Counted from the first letter of the stretch, positions 1-8,769 are shown. The stretch is DNA of 10,628 nucleotides from Amoeboradix gromovi X-113 (GCA_018985225.1 JADGIF010000339.1:1-10628); one strand, 5' to 3'. Numbers and translations are program-made. Notes: generated from the letters alone by a model not told the origin.

Positions 1-320
1 CTCAAGTGTAGACAACTTGGAGAGATACCATTTGAGCATGTTCTTGCCTACATTATTTTGAAGTACCTGGATTGATATCTCTATGGTCTTGGTGACCGCA
101 TTGCTGACAATTGACGCAACGACTGAATCCTTTCATAACGCTTGCAGCTACTTCAAGTGTTGCACACATCATATTGTTTTTGAATGGTCGCAACTCTAAT
201 GAACTTTGAGTTCTTTTCATTTCGCAATTGCTCTAAGTCGTATATCTGCAAAGTGTTGATTGGTGACAAAATACCCGTGAAGAATTTCTCGAGTTTAGTT
301 TAACAGAGGCAATTACATGG
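1..320 (-). pseudogene. Decayed Fanzor1/TnpB-family nuclease, C-terminal part (RuvC-II region, Zn finger, RuvC-III); runs off the left edge
   Basis: Manual minus-strand translation gives KLEKFFTGILSPINTLQIY (296-240; cf. L.k.f.v.lvdEf.TSq.C) and ERIQSLRQ. After a frameshift comes CQQCGHQDHRDIN (109-71), and after a 19-nt gap GKNMLKWYLSKL (cf. C..C....RDxNAAxNI). In-frame stops and frameshifts are present. Confidence 0.75.
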
Positions 321-326
321 GAAAAC

Positions 327-980
327 ATGAACTACTCTGAAGATCATGTAAAGATTGCTGTAAATAGCTTTCCATTATTCCATGTAAAGCGAGATGTAAC
401 TCTCATTAGATACATCAAGGATCCAAATGAAGAGGTTCAAATAGCAGCGTTTGAATCATTATTGGAACAACGTGCTAACAAGATTGGATCATTATCCAAA
501 CAACGTGTTAATATGGTTGAATCATTATTTGAAGAACGTAATTACGAGGTAGAAATAGAAACTCTTGGACAAATGGAAGATTTATATAGCGAAGCAATTG
601 AGAACCCATGTGAAGCTGTTAAATTGCTTTGTGTGCAACACCGTGGAATATTTATTGAACACATTGAAGATCCAAGTGAAGATGTACAACGCGAAGCAGC
701 ACAGGAAGATGGATTATCTCTGGAATACATGGTGAAGCCTAGTCAAGACGTTCAAGATATTGGTATTTTGGATATTTTAGAATGCAATTATAAATCATTG
801 CCTGGATTATTGAAAAAGAAGAATTATTCATTGAGTTCTAATGCATTGATTAAATTGGTAACTAGTGGACAAGATGATGACTTGGATAAGTTGAAATATT
901 ACGCTGGTGTAAAACAAGATATGGAAGCTTTGTTTAATAAATTGCAGGTTGTGGATTATATTGTGATGACAGATGAATAA
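327..980 (+). CDS. Hypothetical protein with DUF4116-like short helical repeats (phage/giant-virus type)
   Basis: 217-aa ORF with recurring units IRYIKDPNEEVQIAA, IENPCEAVKLLCV, IEHIEDPSEDVQREAA and LEYMVKPSQDVQ. No host-type CCCC motif upstream. Confidence 0.7.
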   Translation: MNYSEDHVKIAVNSFPLFHVKRDVTLIRYIKDPNEEVQIAAFESLLEQRANKIGSLSKQRVNMVESLFEERNYEVEIETLGQMEDLYSEAIENPCEAVKLLCVQHRGIFIEHIEDPSEDVQREAAQEDGLSLEYMVKPSQDVQDIGILDILECNYKSLPGLLKKKNYSLSSNALIKLVTSGQDDDLDKLKYYAGVKQDMEALFNKLQVVDYIVMTDE

Positions 981-1013
981 ATGAATTGAAACAATCATGT
1001 TTCTCCTTGAAAC

Positions 1014-1844
1014 ATGCATGTCAAACTTTCTGAAGACATTTGGGGTTACATTGTTAACATAATGATTCAAAGACGACAAGCACTTCAGTTAGTTCGTCTC
1101 AGTTCCTGTAGTAAGAAACTCAATACGATCGTGAACCTAAAAATATCAAAGAAAGCATTGGTAGCGATGCGCAAGAAATGTTTAATTTGCAGTGGTAAAA
1201 CAATAATGACCAGTCCATTCAATGGTGATGAAAGAATGTGTCAATTATGTATAAAATCCAGAACAAGTGAAGTGGGATATCTTTTACAAAAACAAGTATT
1301 GGAAAAGTATCCGATTTCAAAAGTAAAACTACAAAGATTAGTTGATAGTGGAAAGGTAAAAGTTGTCTATTATCATCGTAAAAAATATTCATGTTATTTC
1401 CACGCTATTGCTGACTTGGATCGTGAAATCAATATCATGTTTACGTCACCTGAGGCGTATGATGATGCACGGCAAAAGAAAGAAAATGCTAAATTACGAG
1501 GTCAAATTGCCAGTGTTACTCGTGAGGCAAACAAAAGAAATAAAGTATTTGAACGCGAAAACGAACGTCAACGAGAAGTAGAAGACGCTTTACGTAAAAG
1601 AGGGTTAGAGCTGAGAAGTGATTCAACGCTTTGTAATGCATATATCGATGGACGTAGTCGATTTGATCTGGATGAAATTGTTGAAATGATGGTTGAAGCA
1701 CATATTCTTTGGCAACATACGAGCTATAATGGGCGCGATGATTTTGAGATGCGAGATCAATTTCTGAATAGGTTCTATAATGCAAAGGAATCTTGTCGTG
1801 TCCCAGTTAGTTGTACCTGTGGTTATGACTATAAATTAAAGTGA
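1014..1844 (+). CDS. F-box-like protein with Cys pairs, coiled coil and C-terminal GLxLRxDSxLCxxYI domain (family I recall from giant viruses and some eukaryotes)
   Basis: 276-aa ORF. It contains an F-box-like N-terminus LSEDIWGYIV...LVRLSSCSKKL, the Cys pairs CLIC and CQLC, a charged helix, and ALRKRGLELRSDSTLCNAYIDG...LDEIVEMM. Confidence 0.7.
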   Translation: MHVKLSEDIWGYIVNIMIQRRQALQLVRLSSCSKKLNTIVNLKISKKALVAMRKKCLICSGKTIMTSPFNGDERMCQLCIKSRTSEVGYLLQKQVLEKYPISKVKLQRLVDSGKVKVVYYHRKKYSCYFHAIADLDREINIMFTSPEAYDDARQKKENAKLRGQIASVTREANKRNKVFERENERQREVEDALRKRGLELRSDSTLCNAYIDGRSRFDLDEIVEMMVEAHILWQHTSYNGRDDFEMRDQFLNRFYNAKESCRVPVSCTCGYDYKLK

Positions 1845-1953
1845 ATCAGTTTATTAAATTGGATGAAATTACTTTCATTACACGCGTTGCGTCTCGTTTG
1901 TTGCCCGGATACCCGATAATTTTAGAACCATCTAACTGAAACAATAAATTTAT

Positions 1954-2153
1954 TATTTTGTAGTAGTAGTTGTAACAGAAAGTGAACTGGATGCACCAGA
2001 CAATGATAAAATACTACTTGTTCCTGAAAGAGTGACATTACCTACAACACCAAGGGTTGTTACTATGGTTGCTGCTCCAGACATGGTAACCAGTCCAGTT
2101 AACGTTGATGTACCAGTACCAGTAAAAAGAAGTCCTATGATGTTGAGAGTTGT
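1954..2153 (-). pseudogene. Fragment of a Gly/Thr/Ser-rich beta-repeat (viral fibre/adhesin-like) protein
   Basis: Stop-bounded open frame TTLNIIGLLFTGTGTSTLTGLVTMSGAATIVTTLGVVGNVTLSGTSSILSLSGASSSLSVTTTTTK. It has a periodic TxLxG/TLSG pattern and no initiator at its 5' end. Confidence 0.5.
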
Positions 2154-2225
2154 TTATTTTTTGTCTTTTTCACTTTCACGCCAGCGGGTTGTTTAGGACA
2201 AATTTGTTTTAAGAATTGAAGCTAT

Positions 2226-4955
2226 TTATTTGTTGCCATTGTATTCGTTTGCGATCTCCTCTGCTCGTTTGATTAGCTTCTCGGGAATTTTTGCTAACCT
2301 CGCGACTTCAAACCCACAGCTTCTCGGACATTCCCCATCCACCAACTTGTATAAAAACATTATCTCCGGTTCCAATCTGTAGTCCATGTACATCTTCATC
2401 CCATCTATTCCCATCTTGAAATGCGTCGCAAACATTGTAATACAATTTATTTTCTGCAGATGCCTACATACCGCATATGCCAGTGCATACCCGTCTATTG
2501 AGCTTGTGCCTCTTCCAAACTCATCCATTATAATCAAACTATTGCTGGTAGCATTGTTCAATATTCTACTTGTTTCCATCAGTTCTACCATGAATGTACT
2601 TTGCCCTATTGCCATATCATCCCTGGCTCCTACTCTTGTATATATCTGGTCTACTATGATCCCACTGTACTCTCTACTACTTGTATTCATCCCTATTTGT
2701 GCCATAATTACAGTTATAGCCACTTGTCTCAACAAAGTACTCTTACCGCCCATATTTGGACCAGTTAGTATAAACATGTTGTTTCTCATTATCACATCAT
2801 TTGGTATGAAATCGTTCAACACTGGATGCGTGCATTCTTTTATCTCCAATGAAACTTCTTGTGATTGATCTCTAAAAGACGGTGTACAATTTAATTTCAT
2901 ACTATTCCTGGTAATATTGAAGCTATTTAAACAGTCTAGTACACTAATAAATTCACTCCATAACAGTATTTCCTTGTTATATTCCAATAATTCATTAAAT
3001 ATCAAGCCCTGGACATTAAGCAAACATTGCTGCTTGTTTGTCAGTAAAGTCTTCATTTCTGATGATTTACTAGATGTATATTCATTGGTATATCTTACAA
3101 CTTTGGCCGTCTTGCTGTATTCCACCCAATTGTCTTCACTATTTGAGTTGGGTTTCGAGTTTTTGGTCACCTCTACAATGAAATAATCTTGGTTGTTATT
3201 GATATAAACTGCATTAAATTTCAAGGTATTTATGTATTCGTCCATCTCATCATTCAAGCTGTCGATTTTGTCATTGATTTCATCCAGTTCTGCGCTAAAT
3301 CCAGTCGATGGGATAAATACATTGTTAGCGCTTGCAGCCTCGAAATCAATTATATCATGTATCTTGTTAACCATGACGGCAGTGTCAGCCAACCTGTCAA
3401 CATATTGACTGATCAAAGTGCTTCTATATTGCATGGACTGCAGTTCTAGCAAGTCCCATTTCTCCATCATTTCGACTAGCGACATAAATTGACTAGGTGT
3501 GGCTATATTAGCGTGGCATTTCATTAGTATTCTTTGTATGTCTATTTTAGTGTTAATGTATTTAGAGAACAACTTATTATCGTTAAGATCTAGTACACCC
3601 AACTGCCTCTGTTTTATTGCACTTACATCCATCAAAGGATGGATCAGCCATTCCCTTAGTAGCCTACATCCCATTGGTGTTACACAATGATTTATGTAAT
3701 TAAACAATGAATACTGTTGTTCCTGTTTGCTATTTCCAAACAACTCCAGGTGGTTTATAGTGGTAGTGTCTAATGTGAATTGAGTGTTATTCTGGTTATC
3801 AAGAAGTGAAATACTTAAAATCCGATTTATTTTGTGAAACAAGTTGCAGAATATTAAATGAGAAAAACAGGCTGAAATGGATTTAGATATTAGATCTGAT
3901 ACTAGAGACTCCCCTAGACCCAGAGTAGTAGAGTGATGTTTTATATTGCTCTCTAGTTGTACATGCAGATGGTTTAACTCACTAATGTCCATTAAATGGA
4001 TTAGAGCTTCATGACAGGTAAAATACTCATTGTTGTAAGCTATATCAATAATAGAGCTGGAGCCAGTTATATATGTTTTAATGCTAGAATCTACAGAGGA
4101 GGATAGATAGACCTCTTTGACATTTGACAGATTGAAAGATGGAGGTGCAGTATTATCAATTATGGTAGTTTGTAGATGACCTGAGTGTATATTGAACACA
4201 CAGATAGATATCCACTTATCTATTTGGTGTATTGTCATCAATAGACTGCCAAAAACATCAGAATCTAACTCAAATAAAGTGGACTTAGTGTATACTTGAG
4301 AAACCACCCTGTTTTTTAGTTTAGCAGTAGTGTCTTGTTGATCAACCTTGGCAATTGATAACCCTTGAGATGTAAATTTAATGGCCCACTGATTAAATGA
4401 ATAAACTGGAACACCGCACATTCTCATCATGCTAGATCGGTTAGCAATTGTCATCCCAAACAGTGAATGTGCAATATCTGCGTCGTTGCTGTATAGTTCA
4501 TAGAACTTGCCTTTTTGAAAGAATAAAATGATGTTAAACATCTGCTTCTTTATAGTCCAGTATTGCTGCTCCATTGCTGTTAACTTGCTAAAGTCATTAG
4601 CAGGAATATGTAGCGTAGTATTGTCATAGTCTGGATGTGTTTTTGCGCGTAGCTCAGCATCTAATGGACTAGTTAGCCAATTCCATTCTTTTGACGATTT
4701 CTTGTTTTTAGATTGCGGTGTGCTTCCGTTTCTCTTTAATGGGGAAGACATAATTGTAGATGAGTTCAAATTAGATTCCAGTCGAGTAGAAGGACCCGCA
4801 GATGATAATGAGAGTTGACTAGCAGTAGATCTGGTGATTGAATTAGTAATAGGAGTCTTTGGTGTTTTCGCACTTGCAGCCTTTGGATTTGGTGTGCTTG
4901 GAGTTGTCTTTTTGGAAAAGAACCCTAAAAGTGACGACTGATGTTGCTGAGTCAT
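2226..4955 (-). CDS. MSH6: DNA mismatch repair protein MSH6 (MutS homolog 6), eukaryotic type, intronless and compact
   Basis: N-terminal PCNA PIP box QSSLLGFF; HPDYDNTTLHIP; mismatch-binding FFQKGKFYELY (F-X-E); Walker A GPNMGGKST; STFMVEL; Walker B DEFGRGTS; FATHF; C-terminal HTH SCGFEVARLAKIP. Confidence 0.96.
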   Translation of the reverse strand: MTQQHQSSLLGFFSKKTTPSTPNPKAASAKTPKTPITNSITRSTASQLSLSSAGPSTRLESNLNSSTIMSSPLKRNGSTPQSKNKKSSKEWNWLTSPLDAELRAKTHPDYDNTTLHIPANDFSKLTAMEQQYWTIKKQMFNIILFFQKGKFYELYSNDADIAHSLFGMTIANRSSMMRMCGVPVYSFNQWAIKFTSQGLSIAKVDQQDTTAKLKNRVVSQVYTKSTLFELDSDVFGSLLMTIHQIDKWISICVFNIHSGHLQTTIIDNTAPPSFNLSNVKEVYLSSSVDSSIKTYITGSSSIIDIAYNNEYFTCHEALIHLMDISELNHLHVQLESNIKHHSTTLGLGESLVSDLISKSISACFSHLIFCNLFHKINRILSISLLDNQNNTQFTLDTTTINHLELFGNSKQEQQYSLFNYINHCVTPMGCRLLREWLIHPLMDVSAIKQRQLGVLDLNDNKLFSKYINTKIDIQRILMKCHANIATPSQFMSLVEMMEKWDLLELQSMQYRSTLISQYVDRLADTAVMVNKIHDIIDFEAASANNVFIPSTGFSAELDEINDKIDSLNDEMDEYINTLKFNAVYINNNQDYFIVEVTKNSKPNSNSEDNWVEYSKTAKVVRYTNEYTSSKSSEMKTLLTNKQQCLLNVQGLIFNELLEYNKEILLWSEFISVLDCLNSFNITRNSMKLNCTPSFRDQSQEVSLEIKECTHPVLNDFIPNDVIMRNNMFILTGPNMGGKSTLLRQVAITVIMAQIGMNTSSREYSGIIVDQIYTRVGARDDMAIGQSTFMVELMETSRILNNATSNSLIIMDEFGRGTSSIDGYALAYAVCRHLQKINCITMFATHFKMGIDGMKMYMDYRLEPEIMFLYKLVDGECPRSCGFEVARLAKIPEKLIKRAEEIANEYNGNK

Positions 4956-4960
4956 ACTCT

Positions 4961-4964
4961 GGGG
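4961..4964 (-). promoter_or_regulatory. CCCC motif 5 nt upstream of the MSH6 ATG
   Basis: Minus strand reads ttgacaaCCCCagagtATG; the same motif precedes the next two genes. Confidence 0.65.
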
Positions 4965-5375
4965 TTGTCAAGAAAATTAAAGAGAATAATATTTGATTTC
5001 AAATAAATAAGATAAGCTCCATAAGTTATTTATAAAGATTTAATAAATTCATTGAATTCACGGAATAATGATTATTGCTGTGAAATAAATCTCATTGATG
5101 ATGAAGACATGGAAAGTTGCACCAGATAATGTGAATGCTTGTTTAAAATGGTGTCAAATCAATAGAACTTATTGCTGAAAACTAAAGGGCGTATGGAACA
5201 TAAGTTTAGAATCGAACAAAAGAGTTCGAATTAACCAAAGATGTACGTAAAGGGATCTGAACTTGGATTCGCCAAGTGTTTTATAATAAGCGATTGAAAG
5301 GATTATACGCTGCCTTGTTTACAGAATAATCAGGTTTTGTACTGCTGAACTTGCTAATCTCAAAATAAATAATAT

Positions 5376-5639
5376 TTACTTCATTAAATCAGATATAATG
5401 TTTTTGTTCTTCAATGCGTCATATTTCATATCTACCTTGTCCTCTTCCCTTTTCAAGTACTGTTCGTATCTGTATATTTGATTAACATTTATATTATTCA
5501 AAACTTTATTCCCATATTCTATATATTGGTAGTACTTACTCAGATTTGATATGTTATTAAAATGGCTATCAATCTGTTCGTTTTTCTCACTCGATTCCGT
5601 GTCCAGCTTATCCCATTTGATGTTATCCATCCAATTCAT
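5376..5639 (-). CDS. Small hypothetical helical protein (87 aa)
   Basis: ATG preceded by gttataCCCCttgaa, AT-rich tract after the stop, co-oriented with neighbours and 44 bp downstream of the previous gene. Confidence 0.7.
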   Translation of the reverse strand: MNWMDNIKWDKLDTESSEKNEQIDSHFNNISNLSKYYQYIEYGNKVLNNINVNQIYRYEQYLKREEDKVDMKYDALKNKNIISDLMK

Positions 5640-5644
5640 TTCAA

Positions 5645-5648
5645 GGGG
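5645..5648 (-). promoter_or_regulatory. CCCC motif 5 nt upstream of ATG
   Basis: Minus strand gttataCCCCttgaaATG. Confidence 0.65.
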
Positions 5649-5683
5649 TATAACTATACTTTAGTCTCAAAATCAAGATCAAC

Positions 5684-7018
5684 TTATTCTAGACTTAAAC
5701 CACGCAATCGCATCCATTCCTCAGTCCTTATGTAGGGTTTATACAGGTTATTGAATTTAAACAGCAAGAGATAATATTTAACGTTGTTACAAGTGCTGTG
5801 GTATCTACTAGAGGTTTTGTTTAACCTTTTATTCAGTTCTTCTGAGAGAACATTTCCATAGGTAGTTTTGTATTCTGTCTCCTTTTCTAGCAAATCCAAA
5901 TGCCCAGAATTAGATTTCAGCCATTTTGGCACCTGTCTTCCTTCACATTTACATTTGTAAATTATGTCCAATTCTTCAGTTAATTCGTGCTCTATAATAT
6001 GTTGTACTACATTAAACCCGTTTAATGCTGCAGTTATACATCTAGTATCTAGCTTTTTATTTGAAATTATAAAATTTAGCAAATCAAACTTGGAAGTCAA
6101 ACTGACGACATCGTTCCATTTTTTATATCCAAACAGCCTCAAGCATTTGTTTACCTGAAGCTGGTTTAGCTTAAGTGGTAAAGTGGGTAGGCCACCAGTA
6201 GTTTCCATGATTTCACAATCGATTCTACAATAGTCAACTTCGTCTTTGACTAGCAATAATCGAGAGCTTTGATCGTTTAGATCAGAATTTAATGTCTTTT
6301 GTTGTATATTTCTTATCCTAGAACTCTCACACGGTGTTAAAATTTTACAGGACTCAGACAGGATCCTGAGGGTATTAAGTGGCAAATCGTTCTCTACCAG
6401 ATTTCTTGAAGAACCATTACCTTTGCATTTCCGTGTGTCTTTTATGAGCACATTGTTGATGGAATTACCATGCATGCTAGTTAATACATTTGTAGAAGCA
6501 CTGACGGTGATTTTAGAGGATTCCGTAGCTTCAAAATTATCAAAAGCGCCCGGCTTTGTGTTTTTACGTGCTGTAAAAGAAACACAAGAGTTAACTTCAA
6601 CAGTGTCCAATTGCGGCAAACTGTGGGAAGAAGAGCAATCAGGACGGTACCCATTATAGGCGGAATCTAAAAGTGCAGGAGATACTATTTCATCATCGTT
6701 ATAAATGAGACTAATAGTAACGCGATTATCGATAAGACTATCAATAAAATTAAGATCATCCTTAGCCACTTCTATAAAAGAATTGGAATCAGAACTATTT
6801 GAAGAAATGCTGCTTGATTTTAGATCCAGCGTGTTAGGCTGGCTTCTAAATAGGTTATGATAACCATGATTAAAGTTAAAATCACTAATAGGAGAATATC
6901 TGGCTGTCTCCACAGTACTGCTTATGTTCTTGTTTTTTGCAGAAGCTTTATTTCTGGTGTCTTTTCTGTAATTAATGGGATATGAAGTTAGTCTTTGACG
7001 TTTTGGTGCTCGGTCCAT
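5684..7018 (-). CDS. Hypothetical protein, probably nuclear; Ser/Asn-rich disordered N-terminal half and helical C-terminal domain
   Basis: 444-aa ORF with NLS-like PKRQRL at the N-terminus and CCCCC upstream of the ATG. No family recognised. Confidence 0.8.
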   Translation of the reverse strand: MDRAPKRQRLTSYPINYRKDTRNKASAKNKNISSTVETARYSPISDFNFNHGYHNLFRSQPNTLDLKSSSISSNSSDSNSFIEVAKDDLNFIDSLIDNRVTISLIYNDDEIVSPALLDSAYNGYRPDCSSSHSLPQLDTVEVNSCVSFTARKNTKPGAFDNFEATESSKITVSASTNVLTSMHGNSINNVLIKDTRKCKGNGSSRNLVENDLPLNTLRILSESCKILTPCESSRIRNIQQKTLNSDLNDQSSRLLLVKDEVDYCRIDCEIMETTGGLPTLPLKLNQLQVNKCLRLFGYKKWNDVVSLTSKFDLLNFIISNKKLDTRCITAALNGFNVVQHIIEHELTEELDIIYKCKCEGRQVPKWLKSNSGHLDLLEKETEYKTTYGNVLSEELNKRLNKTSSRYHSTCNNVKYYLLLFKFNNLYKPYIRTEEWMRLRGLSLE

Positions 7019-7024
7019 GTTAAA

Positions 7025-7029
7025 GGGGG
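7025..7029 (-). promoter_or_regulatory. CCCCC motif 6 nt upstream of ATG
   Basis: Minus strand gttacaaCCCCCtttaacATG. Confidence 0.65.
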
Positions 7030-7323
7030 TTGTAACAAAGCTCAGAGCTGAAATTAAGGTGGTTATGCGACATACTGGGGAATGTCACAATTCAAATCAG
7101 AGAAAATTCCCCGAGAGAGTCTCATTACGGTAGTCCATTCAAGCTGCATGAAGATACCTTTTCTCTTATGTTAGTCAAATAACTAGGTACAGCACTTCGT
7201 TTGTTGATAAAAACGTTGATATCCAGATTAAGACTTTAGTAAAGTTTTGAAAGGTCCGAAGTCGCTGATAATATCTCTAGTGCCTACTTTCATGATTCTT
7301 TCAGTCACCCCGTTCAGCTGTGA

Positions 7324-7800
7324 GACCAGTTCAACCAATACTAATATGATATAAACACAAGTATGTAAAAACCTTGTACTATGTTACACAAATACTGTAA
7401 ACTTCAATGCAAAGAAGATCATCACCAGCTCCATCAAGCTTCATTAATGAAATATTTCCAGACTTTTCATCGTCCAAAAAGGCCAATTTACTTTGGTAAT
7501 GGTAGTTACAAGCAAGCATAAAGTGCAGTTGCAGTATCCCAAAAAATGAATTAGTGTGGGGACCAGCCAGATAAAAGTTTATTTCGCTTATTCGTGTGTT
7601 CAGAAAATCCAAATAGACCTTAAAATCCTATGCATATCACGGAAAAACTAAGAAAATTCAACGATCTTGTAGGTGTTTAAGCTTACACCAGTGTGCCCCA
7701 CAGTGCCGCAATAATAACTAGAGATACAGAAGAATGCTATAACAATCTTCAAGCCGTAGAAATTCCATTAAGTAATAGTGAAATAGTTAACTAGCAAAGA
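7324..7800 (+). pseudogene. Decayed Fanzor1 nuclease, C-terminal half
   Basis: Ordered motifs: DQFNQY (7324), then KYCKLQCKE..HQASLMKYFQTFHRPKRPIYFGNGSY (7390-7509). After a frameshift: SIPKNELVWG (7533), ISLIRVFRKSK (7581, cf. vvlidEfrTSk) and CRCLSLHQCAPQC (7668-7706). After another frameshift: RDTEECYNNL (7720, cf. RDxNAAxNI). May extend back to about 7050. Confidence 0.75.
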
Positions 7801-7929
7801 AGAATAGTTGAAAAAGTGTTGCGGCCTACAAGATATGTGATAAAACATGACGCTTTTTACTCAAGTTGGCTATTTTTTGGACACCAATTTAAAAAGTATT
7901 TGCGTTTCTTGTAATGTATGTCGATATTG

Positions 7930-8290
7930 GTTAAGAGTAGTATATTTTAGACTAGTTACTACGATGAGTATACAACCCAACGACTCAATGCGTCTTTAAA
8001 TCTCTTTCAAAGGTAACAGATACGAGCAGATCATATCCTGACATCTCTGATTTGAAATACTGCAATACGCAAGTAATACCCTTAACCCCTAACTATAAAA
8101 TTTATAGGACATGGATCAGATTAAGCCTCACAGAAGGTCCCAATTTCCCAAAAAACCAAGTGTTTCCACCAAAATGCAGCTGATCTGTTGTTGACCGCGC
8201 GTTCACTATCCTGAGATGAATTGAATGCGGTTCCATAAATTCAACCCCTCGTTAAAAGTCCAGATTTCCGAGAAAATCGAGAATTTCCAC
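7930..8290 (-). pseudogene. Possible decayed Fanzor1 fragment(s)
   Basis: Minus strand: EILDFLG, QDSERAVNN, LGFLGNWD (about 8151-8140), SMSYKFYS*GLRVLLA (GLRVLLA at about 8088-8068; cf. GdW...mky.ePt.g.GlR.l). A second motif LPLKEI*RRIESLGCILIVVTSLKYTT follows at about 8016-7936. Confidence 0.45.
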
Positions 8291-8349
8291 AGAGAAACTA
8301 GCAATGCTAGATGCTCCGTTACAGTGATTGCTCACGCTTTCACCACCCC

Positions 8350-8745
8350 GAGGCGGGATTGAATAGGGATGCAGATACTTGATTTATATGTTGCTTGCTG
8401 CCATATGGTCTCTATCTATCTTCAAATGACACTGTGTACAGGTTCAAGTTTCTAAATTAGTGTTCTTTAGAGTACCACACATTGTACATGGCATCGAATT
8501 TCCGTATTTGGACCAGCTTATCAGTCTGAGACGAATGTATGCTGTACCTACTAGTTAATTCTTTAGATTTAATTTACCACTTGTGAAAAGGAAGAATATC
8601 TAGTATTTAAGCTATTAGAAAAGTCATGAAATTATATAAAAATGCATACAAACTCGCGATAAATGTTTTATTCAAGATAACAATCGAGCTGCCAGTGGCC
8701 TTAATCTTATTTTAATAAAAGCAATCCAATCAGCAAGATCTTAAT
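8350..8745 (+). pseudogene. Probable decayed Fanzor1 fragment
   Basis: KLVFFRVPHIVHGIEFPYLDQLISLRRMYAV (8454-8546), shifted LLVN/FR and CEKE (8582), then HEII*KCIQTRDKC...NRAASGLNLILI (from 8625). The order matches vFFG..P..L...V.lvdEfrTS..C..C / hg.lrC..C..nRD.naa.Ni. Confidence 0.55.
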
Positions 8746-8769
8746 TAATTCCAAGCATGGAACAAAATC

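Noticed and set aside
1-75. Plus-strand KCRQLGEIPFEHVLAY resembling a SWIM finger
   Set aside because: Lacks the required Cys residues; the opposite-strand Fanzor reading fits much better.
2386-3690. Plus-strand ORFs inside MSH6 (also 542-730, 828-1079, 1363-1581, 1516-1785, 5964-6158, 6423-6659, 9408-9725)
   Set aside because: Antisense or alternate-frame shadows of well-supported genes, with no motifs.
2226-4955. MutS as a viral gene, or functionally linked to the Fanzor relics
   Set aside because: The PIP box, MSH6-specific motifs and host CCCC signal indicate a nuclear host gene. There is no HNH fusion as in viral MutS7, and no evidence beyond proximity.
5354-5379. Possible 26-nt intron gtaaat...attag at the end of the 87-aa gene
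   Set aside because: Splicing would add only about 23 uninformative residues; equally explained as a stop codon plus AT-rich 3' UTR.
7330-7344. Same in-frame TAA after FNQY here and after FNEY at 10161-10175, suggesting stop-codon reassignment
   Set aside because: MSH6 and the other long ORFs have no in-frame TAA/TAG and mostly end in TAA. The relics also contain TGA stops and frameshifts. Coincidental decay is more likely.
7379-7612. 77-aa minus ORF (and the 72-aa plus ORF at 8757-8975)
   Set aside because: Each is antisense to an inferred Fanzor relic and lacks recognisable motifs or the CCCC signal.
8079-8092. Telomere-like cccttaacccctaa
   Set aside because: Only two imperfect units, and it coincides with the GLR codons of the minus-strand relic.
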